Assembly: GCA_965603825.1 (NCBI GenBank)
Contig: CBFDEM010000050.1
Location: 310,001 to 374,000 of the forward strand
Length of the DNA stretch: 64,000 nucleotides
Origin: Blepharisma stoltei ATCC 30299
Lineage: Eukaryota > Protista > Ciliophora
Direction: 5' to 3'
Shown here piece by piece: positions 23,021 through 35,000 of the stretch (positions within the stretch are counted from its first letter, which is position 1; every line of letters begins with the position of its first letter). The notes under the pieces were generated by a model. It made no database searches. It saw only the letters and a program-made list of their open reading frames with translations, and was not told the origin of the DNA. The translations under genes and the position numbers were made by a program.

Positions 23021-26000
23021 TTAAATATTAATGTCTAAAGAATCAAACTTGCTATTGTGGGAAATCGCAAATATGATCTTCTCTTTCATGATTTCTGGAG
23101 ATGTATAAGCTGGCAGCTCAAGTCTGAATATAGTATTGTCGATAATAGGAACCAATGTATTTACTGCTCCGGATTTACTGTGCTTGGCTATTGTAAATTT
23201 AAGAGGCCAATCCCACTCAGTAATCTTAGACCTTCTAGCAATATAGTCAATAAATTTGGCAAGCTCACTTTCTTTTAATGATTTAATTGCTTCCCAGAAG
23301 TTTTCAATGTGCGGATCTGTTCTTCTGCAATTTTCGTAAACGGTGTTTTCTTCTAAGACTTCTAATTTGACTTCTTGATTCAGGCATATGAGTTCACGTA
23401 GTTGAGCAGCTGTGAATAGGTTCAATTTATCAATAGGAACAACAGCAGCCACACCTTTCCTTATAGAATCGTAAGCTTTAGGATTTTCAAATAATTTGTG
23501 CTTCTCTAATAGATCAGCATAGTGGGCAGCATTTTCAAAAGTAACGTCAATATTGGCTCCGCCTTCACAAAGTTCCACAACTTCTTCTCCATATTTCACT
23601 ATGAACTTCTCAGAAATTTGCTGGCCAAAGTTGTCCGCAGTAATTCCATAGGCTTCAAGGTTCCTTAATTTATGCAAAAACTTGTAGAGTGGGAAATCAA
23701 AGTCTCTTAAATCTTCGGTTGTAACGTTTTCGTATAGAAGATGCTTAAATACAATAACAGGGAGTGAAAGTCTCAGCCTCAGCTTGGTACGGATTGCAGA
23801 ACCGAAGAATTTTCCAAGAGTGGTGAATAGGTGCATATGAGCTGGGAGAGTGGAGGTTGGATTTATCATCCAATTATCTCTTCCATTGCCTACGTTAAGG
23901 ACGTTATTTTGAGATGGGATCAAAAGTGGAAGTAATGGAGATTGAAGCTCTTTAGAAAGTTCTGTTAATAATTCATTATACTTGCCAGCATCATCTTGGA
24001 TTCCTTCTGGCTTGTATGCAAATTTGAACATTCTTTCAGGATGTCTAAGAGTTTTATTTGCTGCCGCTCCCAAGGCTCTGCTTATTTGACTAAACATTGA
24101 AGCAGTTGCAGAATGATCAACTTCCCCTTTAGCTTTTATTTCTTGTGCTTTAGCTTTATCGATAGTAATGTCAATTCTGCATTCAGTTTTAGTCCCATCA
24201 AGATGGTTTTCCAATCTTTCCTTCTTGAATCTTGATAACAAATAATACTTGGCCTTCTTAATAAATTTCATGAGAGAGTTTTCTGGCTCATCTGCTTCAG
24301 TGTGCAAATCAAACAGATAGAAGTAATTTTGGAATCTTGAGCAGAAGTTAAACAAAATTTCTTTCAAGTTAAATAGCTCTGCCTCTGATAATTTTTGTAA
24401 GTCTGGATAATAGATTAACTCTTCTGGAGAAATACACAATGCATTATTGCTCAGCATACTATCGAAACTAATTGAATTGGCGTCTAGGTAGCCATTCATG
24501 AATTCAATAAATTGCTGTGCTATGCCATCTTTGAAAAATTTGGAATAGGTAGGCTTATAGTTTTCTCTCCAATTTTCTCTGTCGCCAGCTGATGCAAAAC
24601 TCAAATAGGAATCAATGAGTTTAGTGTTTCTTCCTTTGAAATTAGGTGTTAAGGAGAATTGATAGCCCCATAATTCAGTTTCTTGTTCAGAGTCGATTTT
24701 CATGAGATCAACACCTGCAGGATATTTTCCTGAATTATTGATTGCTAAGCTTTGGTTTTCTTCTGATAAGACAGCAATGAATTTGAAACAATCTTCTGAG
24801 TCTTCGATATTAAGAGCCACTTGGACAGTGTCTAGCAATTTTTCATTCTTATAAAACGCGATTTCGTTTTTATCAAAATCGATATAGCTCCCAATGACGT
24901 CGTTTTGGTCATAGCTGGCACTGTCAGCAGTGCCAAGTTTTCCATTACTATAATAAATTACAGTTTGCTCACTTCCTTCAATAGTGTTCTCATTGATCAA
25001 GCTCTTCTTGGTAAAGCCAACGCCTACATATCCTTTGGATTCAACAGAGACTTCGATGTAGTATTTGCCGTTTCTCATTTCAGCTTCAGTTTCATGGTAA
25101 GTTTTATCACTTGTTGACTTTGTGACAGTCGTTTTATTCGCGTTGAGTGCAGCTCCGTTCTGATTGCTGTCCCATACATGCTTAATATTAGCAGTTTTAT
25201 GAACTGGGATCCAATAATAGACTGAGTCTCCTATAATATCCAAGTTTCTTTCAGAAAGAGGTTTGGACCCAGCCATTCTTTCAACACTGAGCACAGTAAT
25301 GACTTGATTTAAAGAGCCAAAGCAGATCACTGGGGTGACTGAAGAAGCAATCCCCGTGAACTTGAAGACCTCAAGAGCTCCATTAAAGAAAGTCAGTTCT
25401 CTTAAGTTCATATCAATAAACATTGTGATTTCATCTCCCTCCTTAAATCCTTCGAACCCACCTTTGAACCATCCTTTCTTGTGAACTTCTCCAGTTTTTT
25501 TCCAACTCCAGACATCATGAGGACAGTCGCATCCTATGTACTCATTTAGGTCATAGTTTTGGACATCCTTTGCAGTCCTATAAACTCCAATGTACCAATA
25601 ATCAGAGTCTCCATCAGATTCTATCTTGAATTTGATACTAACTGTACCGTCAGAGTAGTCTTCAGACCAAATTGCGTTGCCCCATCCACTTCCCTTGACT
25701 CTGGTAACTTGTGAATTTTCTTCTGAAAAAGTGACTTTGCTTCCACAAGGTTCTTCTCTCCATCTCGCTTCGCTGATTATAGCTTCAATTTTCTTTTCTT
25801 CAACTAATTTCTTACCAAATTCATCATAGCTGAAAACAGCTGTATCTCTTGGGTCAAGATTTGAATTTGAATCGAAGACGATACTAATAAAAGAAGCACC
25901 AGGAATTTGGATGAATTCTTTTGTGGTTTGTCTAATATAAGGATGTTTGGACTCATAAGTTCTTCCGAGATTACAAGTAACGTTCTTCTTGAATGATTCG

Positions 26001-29000
26001 AATAAGAAAGTTTCTAACAGTCCATCTTTTTCGCTTAGACCTTTAATATCAGAAACAAGCTCACAAAATTCCATAAACCAAAGCTCCTCTCCAGTAAGTT
26101 GGAATTTATGTGAAGCATCTTCTAAGAGCCTTGCAGTTGCTTGCATCAAACTATTTTCTGCTTTATTAGAGCTCACAACATTATGAAGCTCATTTGCTTG
26201 AGCAATCAAGATGTTAAGTATATTTTTGAACAATGGGCCTTTCTGATCTCTTATGATCTTATTCAAAATTCTTACAGAGTCAAGCTTCAATTCTAAATTG
26301 TTTGCTGAAAGAGAATGCAAGAAAATAGGCTGGACACACCTAGGGTGCGTTATTTCCATAAATTCTTTAGGTATTGGGTTCATGCTTGAAATCTTATTTA
26401 GCACCCACATAGCAGGCCAAGGATGTTCTGCGACTACAGAACTTGAGCCTTCAGGAATCACTTCAAACTTATATCCCCAATAGTTAACTGATCCATCAGA
26501 GTGGAAATATGTATAAACAACTTCTCCATCTACTTCAAATTGAGCCCAGTTTGTTTCTCCTTCTCCTGAAATGCATTTGATTTCATCAACTCTGCCTGGA
26601 TTCTTGTAGAATCTTAAAGGATCACAACCACTTTCAGTCTTACATTGTGGATCAAACACAAATTTGAGTTTTTTAGCTCCAGGAATTCTGATTTCTTGAT
26701 CTAAATCCATGTTATTATCATATGGGTGGGTTGGACTTTCAATTGTCAAAGAAGACAATGATGCTCCTGATTTTTCTGTATATATCAAACATCTAAGCAT
26801 CCTTTCTAGACAGTCCTTGAAAAGCTTGTCCTTGAATTTCGGATTGTCCTGGGATAGTAAAGTATCAATCTTTTTAGCAATTTTATTGATAGAGCTTCCT
26901 AAGAAATCGAATAATTTGGTGATACTGAATTCCAGAGCTATTGTTGCAATAGAGGTTGGGCATTTTTTGATGAGCATTAGAGCAAGATTTTTATATGAAA
27001 CTTGCTTTGAGGAATCCATAAACTTATAATAGTGACTGAAGAGCTCTTGAATAGACAGAGCATCAAAAGCGTCGTCTTTAACTTTTGTTTCGTTGTTTTC
27101 TGCAGTTTCTAGTAATCCGCATAGTGGCATTTTAGCTAAGATCATCTTCTTGAATGGTGTAAGCGCGCAGTTCAAAGCAGTATCACTTATCTTTGCAGCT
27201 AAAAATAAGACTGATTTCTTTCCTAAGTTATGGCCAAGATTTATCGCGTTGCCTTCCTCATCTTTAATTATCTTATAGCCAAATGGCACTTTTACGTTGT
27301 ACATTGAAGAAGATTTGATGAAAATGATATCTTTTATACAGGATTTTTCTATTTCTCCTTGCTTTACCCAGATGTGAGTTAAAGAGTCACTTGCTTGGTC
27401 TTCAGGGTCAAAGTTCCCTAAATCTATATGGTCTTTAGCTTCTGTGCCTAGAGCAATGCTTGAGTACCCACTTCCAGTAGTAACCTGCTCTTTTTTAGCA
27501 CATAAAATCATTCTCTTTGGAATATTGAACTCTTTCTGCTTGCCATCTTCATAGATAGGAACTGCTGTAAATCCATTAGGGACTTCACGAATTGTTTTAA
27601 CCAGTTTTAGCTCAGTGATAACATCTTGGTTTAGAGAGCTAATGGTATTTTGGAAAGCGTTCGGGAAATTCTGAGAAACGTAGTCTAAGCTAGACCTTAA
27701 GTCTCTGTCTGATGATAGTGCTTGAGTTATTTGGTCTTCAGTCAAGCCTAAAAGTTTTAGTCTTAGCCTATCATAGTTGTCAGATTTTTGAGTGACTTTG
27801 ATTGTTTTATAAGTCTCAGCTTCTTTGGATTTATTAACTTTTGTTGGTGTAGCCTTTGTATTTTTACCGTCATATACTTCGAAAGTTAACAATGAAGCTC
27901 TTGTGCCAGCTTCCATATAAAGTCCATAAGCTCCCATTTGAAGGCCATTAAATGTAGTTGTATCCTGGAGATCAATGGTTTCTTTGGTGTTTTCATTAAT
28001 TATTCTGATTTCTCCATTTGGATTTAAATAAACCCTAACAGCTAATACCTCACCAAGTTTGGCAGGACAGACAACACTGCCATTGACTTCAAAGCTTGGC
28101 GATCCAGAGCTTGTGCTAATTCCTATATCCACTCCTCCAAGCTTGAGACCATATGACAACTGATTTTGATAGTGAATACCTTCTAACTGCGCTAGAATAG
28201 TCAAAGACTCTACAAACTGTGTTGTGTTTCTGAATACAGACAAGTCAGGAACTGTCGTTATTTCTTTTCTTGATGTTGTGAAGTTACTATTTTCTATCAC
28301 GAATTGGCTACTTGAATTTTGGTAAATATCAGCATATCCAGCGATATCAGATGTTTCAAGTTCTATAGATTCAATTTGCTGAAGCTTGAATAATAGGGTT
28401 GATTTTGGCTCTTCTACTTTTCCAGCAAATTCTAAAATCCCATTTTTATCCTTGATTCCTTTGTCAAGACACTTAGCGATGATCATTGTCAGAATATTTT
28501 CTTTTGTCAGTTCTTCAATTAGGTATTTGGTTTTATCGCTAGCATTCGAAAACATTTCCATTATTTCTTCATCTGTAAAGTCGTCATAAATGTATTTTTC
28601 TGCGATTGTCTTTAGAATTTGTTTAATAAGCAGCTGCTTTTCTTTATTTCCTAAGACTCTAGTTTCAGCTTTAGCATGCTTCATGATAGATCTTAATAAG
28701 TCTGCCCCTTCTTCGTCGCTAATCTCTTTCTTTTTTAAGATAAGTGTAATTGCATTGACAATAACGTTTTCTAAGTGAGCATAAAGGGTTCTGAACGAAG
28801 CAGTTCTCTCAGATTTCATATTGAAACGCAAAAATTCTGATTCAATTAGAGCAAACCACAAATTGATAGCCGAGTCTTTAATGCTCTGCAGTTCATCTTG
28901 GCTAAGTATTTTCATGGCATTAAAGTTGTTGATCGTCCTTAAATAAGCAATGGACTCTGTATTAACTGACACTGTCTCATCAGTGACAGGAGAATAAATA

Positions 29001-32000
29001 TTTACTGTGTCCCCATCAATTGCTCTTATGATGCATCTTGTCATCTTAGAATTAATTAGTTTTGCTTCAGCCAACTCAATTGGATCATTTCCAAAAATAT
29101 CAACCTGCTTCGATAAAATTGCTAAAGCTTCGATTGCTCCAACTTGATACATAGGAAGTGCTTTTCCATCCCTTAAGTTTTGGCAAGCATCGTTCAAAGA
29201 TTTCATAATTGTGGTGAGTACCTCGCCTCTCCATCTTTCTATGTTCATGAGTTCTTTCAAAAGCACAAGTGCTTCATAGCCACATCTGAAAAGTTTGCTT
29301 TTTGCATCTCTGAAGCCATACCAATAAGTCATTTTCCCAATTCTTTTAAGCAAAAATTGGACAAAGTCAGTGCTTGTGCTTTCAGAGTTAAAGTGAGGAA
29401 GAGTAGTCCAGATTGCACCTAGTGTTTGGGGTGAGTGCTGAGATGGGAGAATTGCTTTGAGGATGCGAGACCCAAGGGCAAAGTTGCTTTCTGCGCTGCT
29501 CAGGAAAGTAATTTTAAGGAGCTCTGCAAGATATTCTTCACGAGCTAAGAGGCTCACTATTGTACTCGATCCGAGGCACCCATAAATTGTCCACAATAGA
29601 GAAGTCATATATTCACTTGCAGATTTTTTTTCTTTATATACTTCTAAACAGCTATTAGGAAGATCATCATACTGGAGAAGAGCCCACTTCAGCTCATGAT
29701 AATAATCGAAAAACTTGTTCTGGTCTTTGGCTATTGCATGCATTGCTACATACAAATCTAAATTGCCTTCTTCGTTTTTGAATTCTGCTGGGCAATCTTC
29801 TTGAACTTTGTCACTTTGCACGATGCCTTTTGTTTCTGTTAACTCGAAAAGATCAATTAATTGTTGGAAAGATTTTCCTTGATGTTTAGGATTGAACCTT
29901 GAAACAATATTTTTATATATGGTTTCAAGATTACAGAAATCATAAGATAAAGCTGCTTGCTCGAAATCTTCTGGTATTTGAGTCCAGATCTTAGAATGTT
30001 CAATATAATACTGATCTTCTTTAGAAAGTGTATTTTTAATAGCATAGACCGAGTTGATATATTTAAAGAAATCGAAATTTCCTTTAGAATTTTTGTAAGC
30101 ATCTTGGCTTGAAAGGAGTTCTGAGATCTCAGGATCAAGTTTCGAAATTTCAGCAGGAGTTAAAACTCCTTTCATTGCAGGATCAGCTTTGGCGATTAAA
30201 TCGTTAATCGTTTCCTTCAACATGGATTCTCCTAGTTTTTCAGTCTCTTTATTAAACTGCCTGACCCATTCTTGCATTGGATTCTTTTTAAAAGCTTTGA
30301 TAGCGTTCATTTTATTTACCCACAACTCCCCTGAAACTGCTACATTAAGTTTTAGACCTGAGTAGCCCAATTCCAATAGCGATTGATCCCACTTTAATTC
30401 ATTAAAAATTGAATTCAAAAACAGATCTTGGACAGTCTGTTTGACAACTGAATTACTTTGGCTTACATTTCCCACTGCACTAAATACTAAAAGCTTATAA
30501 GCAGCCCATGCTGTTCTGCATAATCTATCTTTAAGGCTTTCTCTTAATTGCTTTTCATCTTCTGATTCCTCACCTAATAGATCACAATAAGGCCTGTACT
30601 CACATTCAAGGTTCTCCTGGATACTGACCAGAAATTGGCTCTTTGCACTTGGTTCGCTCTTTTTGATGAAAATATGTTTGGATTCTCCATTCTGAGTGAA
30701 CTGGCCTAAATTTTCATATCCTTCAATTTCTTCAGATGTGACTTGGAAATCGACAACAGGAAGTGCTCCTTTATGCTCAATAATTAAATAGAGATTCTGG
30801 CCTTCTCCTTCTCTGGCTTCTAAGAGAATTTTATCAACATCGTCAGAGATATCAGCTTCTACCAAGATTTTGAATCCTGTAATGCACTGATCCAAAAGGA
30901 ATGATTTGGTCTCAACTTCTTCTCCTATATAGCCTTTAGACCAATTCAATAAAAGAGAAATGATAAGTGGGAATTGTTGTTCTACTATCATAAGATTATC
31001 AGACTCTTTTAATGGGAAGCATAATGCATCTAAAACAGTCAAGTAATGGGAGAAGAAAGGTCTTTCGATGGCTTCTGTTTTTGATTTGAGCAGCTCCCTC
31101 TGCAAGTATCCATAGATGTTATAAAATGACTTTTGGATGCACTTTAATAGGTTTGAATCAATTCCTTCAACACTATCCCAATAATGGAATTTTACATTGT
31201 TTTGCTTCAAAGAGTCAACAAAGGATCTTATTAGTGAAGTTTCTTTTCTAAATGATAAGCTCATTAAGTTTCCTAAGCTAGAAAGTCCAAGAGCTCTTGC
31301 CATAGCTTTCACTCTTCTTTTCTCAATGGTGTCTACAATTTTTTCAGCTGAAGCTGGAGTTTCGAGTAAAGAAAGAATAAGTTCAGATATTTTTTTGATT
31401 TCTTTAACGTCTTCTGAGTGGCTTTCGTCTTCACTTTCAGTCCTTCCTAGCATAGCAACTAAGCTTGAAGCTGCTGAAACTCCTCCTTTGACTTGCTTCC
31501 ATTTGCTTTCTTTTTTTTTCATTTTAGGAATGCTGGCTTCTCCGACTACAGTTGTTACCAAATGTTTCATTATTTTAGTAATCCCAAGCTCATTTAATCC
31601 TTGATTATGCTGCGAATTGATTAACAGAGCGCATTTAACTACAACATCTTTAGAAACTTCTTCAAAGGTCATGGATACAGTTTCTTTCGATTTTTGGATG
31701 TACTTATCAGCCCATTTTCTATATTTGACTGCATCTTTTACGAGGTATTTGACTGTAGATCCAACACTTGTAGGATCTTGAAGAAGGTTTTTGAAAGTCT
31801 CAGCAAATTCAAAGAAAGCTACATAAACAGCGAAAATGGCTCTTTCTGCTTTATCAAAATCTGGTCCTCCAATTGCTGAATCTTCTTCGCTAACTCCGCT
31901 CAAACTTTTCAGGGTATTCCAATCTCTTACAATTTCGCTATTCCCTTCAATGAAATCGTTGATAAACTGATTGTCAGAATACTTTGCATCTCCCCATTTT

Positions 32001-35000
32001 CCAAAAGAGTCAATATACTCTTGCAATGTCAGCTCTGATTTATTATTGCATACCAGCTTTTTAGTAGGATCGCTTCTAATAAACTGATTCAACATCTTAG
32101 GCTTAACTTTTTCTCCAATTCCTGGCACTTGGGTAAGGGTGATCAGACTTTCTGGGATAGGGTTTTGAGGTTTAACAAGTGACAAAGTCTTATCAGAAAT
32201 TCCGTATTTAAGCAGAGGGTTTTGAAGCAAAGCTTTCACTTTTTCATCTTCTGGTGTTGTCTCAAATTCTCCTGAAATCAATTTTACGCTGATAAACCCA
32301 ACCATAATCCCTGCTGCGTCTTTTGTGGTATCTGGCCATTGTTTAGCATAATAATCAGCCTGAATTTCTCCGAAAATATCAATTTTCCAGCCCCAATAGT
32401 TGACTGAACCATCAGAGTGGAATGTGAAGAACAAATATGGGGTATTTACTTCAACTCTTTCCCCATTCTTTGGAAAATCGTCTCCGTCCCATCTGAAGAG
32501 CTTTTCTTCTTTTTTATCATCTTTCCAAAGCTCTAAATAATCGCAATTCTTCTCGGTTTTGCATTGAGGGTCAAAGACCAAATAATATTTTCTTGCTCCA
32601 TTGATCTTTACAGTGTGGGTAATATCAAGACTGTTATCGTAATTGTGACTACTTTCATAAGCATCTCCTGCAGCTAGAGCCCAACCTTTATTTAAGATTT
32701 TTGGCTTTGGGTCAAAGTGTTGTAGAGATGTTGTGATGCTCTGCAAAACTGGCAAAATTTTTGCCAAGAAATCAAGGCTCATTCTGGTTAAAGACAACAT
32801 GTAAAGAAGAGTTTCTAATAAATCTGCAAGGATGGTTTTTCGTATAGTGTTTGTGAGTGCATCTGACAATGAAGACCCTTTTTCTTTTGCTTTCACAATA
32901 TGAAGGACTTCTTCACAGTTCTGGAAAACACTTAATGAGTAGTTCATTAAGATTTCTTGCCATTTTCCTTTGAAGTTAGATTTAGCAGCTTGACCGAATA
33001 AAGCAATTTGACTTGTTTCAAGAAGTTTCAAGATTCCAACAGATGTCTCTTCTCCCCTCACAAGCTTCTTGGAAATTTCTGAAGAAAGCTCAATCAAGTA
33101 CTTGAAATAAGTTTCAACTAAATGCTGAGACTCGTCATTAATAAGCTCTAAGGCTGGGAAAAGTTTGTCAGGTCGAGCCATTTCAAGGAAAATTCTATCT
33201 TCAAGCTCTTTAAAGATACCTGATATCTCAACTCCGTCCATTTGATCTTTAAGTCTATCTAATAAATAGGACAATTTCTCCTGCGGATCCTTATAAAAGA
33301 CAGAAAAGCATGATGTCACAATTTTGGTGGCTTCTTCACAAGCCTTGGACCCTGGCATGCTATTTATTAGATCCATAGTGTTTTTCATAATTCTTGTCCT
33401 TAGCTGTCTTTCTAAAGTTGCATTTGGGATCATGTCCGACCCAATTAAGTGAGATCTGGTGAGTTTTAGCACATAAACGAGCATTTCTGAATAAATTTCT
33501 TTCGATTCTCTTTCAACATTTTCTGAGTGAATTTTTTCAATGCAAGTCAAAGCCAGTTTTTCTAAAATTTCGACAGTTTCATTCTTGATGTCAAGGGAAA
33601 GCCCCATTCTTTTTTCAACATTCACCTTTTTCTCTTTATTTTCTAATTTTTCTATGATACCGTCATTTAAGGCATCAAATGATTTAAGAATATAGTGTGT
33701 GAGCTCAATAGGCTTCATTTGGAGATAGTCATCAGCCATTTCTCCAGTTGTGATAGCCCTTTCAATCACGTTTAAATCTTCAAGATTCACTTCTACTTTA
33801 AATTTTTTCAAATAATTATCAACTTTTATGCGAGCCATTGCAGGCATATCTTCGGGATTATAGACGATTTTGTGTTTGCTGATTCCTCCAAGACACATAA
33901 ATAGTTTCATACTTTCAGGAAGTTCTCGAATAGGTCCTTTGGGATCTTCTTTTCCGTTATGGAAGAAAAGAACTGAGCGCTCATCCATATCTAGCAGAAG
34001 TCCAACTTTTTCACCGACTTGATATTTTTCGAAGGCGTACAATTCATTTCCAGCTTTAAAGATACCTCCGGCAGGTTTATAAGAGAGAGCAAACGATTGC
34101 TCTTCAGGGGTCGTGTCAAGGTTTGGATAATTTCCATTACAAACTCCATAGTAAACATAGTCAGTTTGACCTTCAGTCCAAAGCATCTCAACATAGTGAA
34201 CCCCTTCTGTCCAAGCTTCTGCTGAAAGATTAGCTCCCCAGCCATCAGTGATTGTTCTGACTAATACATCTGGCTCGTCGCTTCTGATTTCTAAGCCTTT
34301 CCCTTTCTTTTCAGTCTCCCAAGCAAAAGAGCCACTTATTTTTAGCTTCGTAAGGTCCTTAAAGTTCGCTAGCATAGGGAAAATTTGTTTATAAATTGGA
34401 GAATGATCTTGACTTGGGTCAAAATTGGCAAATGTTAAAGCTAATGCTAAGGCTGTACACAAATTCCCTGTAGCGACATAAAGCCCAAAAAGAATTGAAT
34501 AGCAGGCATTTATGTCTTCTTCTTGGATATTTGGGAGCTCTCTTCTTAGCATTGAGTTGAAAAATGCAAGAACTGATGAAACTACTTGAGAGATCGAAGG
34601 GTCGTTATCATTAAGTGCCATTGGGCTTAAGTCAGAAACTATACTTGAAGCAGCTTCTATGATAATCTTATAAAGCTCAGGCTTATCAGAGCCTAAAACC
34701 TTAATTATCCCAAACAATGAAGACAGACCAAAAGATAACCCTGATTTGGCAATTGGGTTGAGGGTTTCTTTAGTTTTTGAAGCTCCTGGCTTTGATTTTC
34801 TTTTTTCACGCTCATCCATTCTAAGAAGAGCTTCATAAGTTTTGCTCAGGTATTGAAGTTTTTTTGTCATCTCAACTGAGCTTGAGTCTTCCCCTTTACG
34901 TAAGTCGATTTCATTCAGTAAACCTTGGACGACTTTTGTGTGCCTTTCTTTTATAAAGCTTTTGTCTTCCATGCTGCACAGCATTTGCTCTTCATTTATG

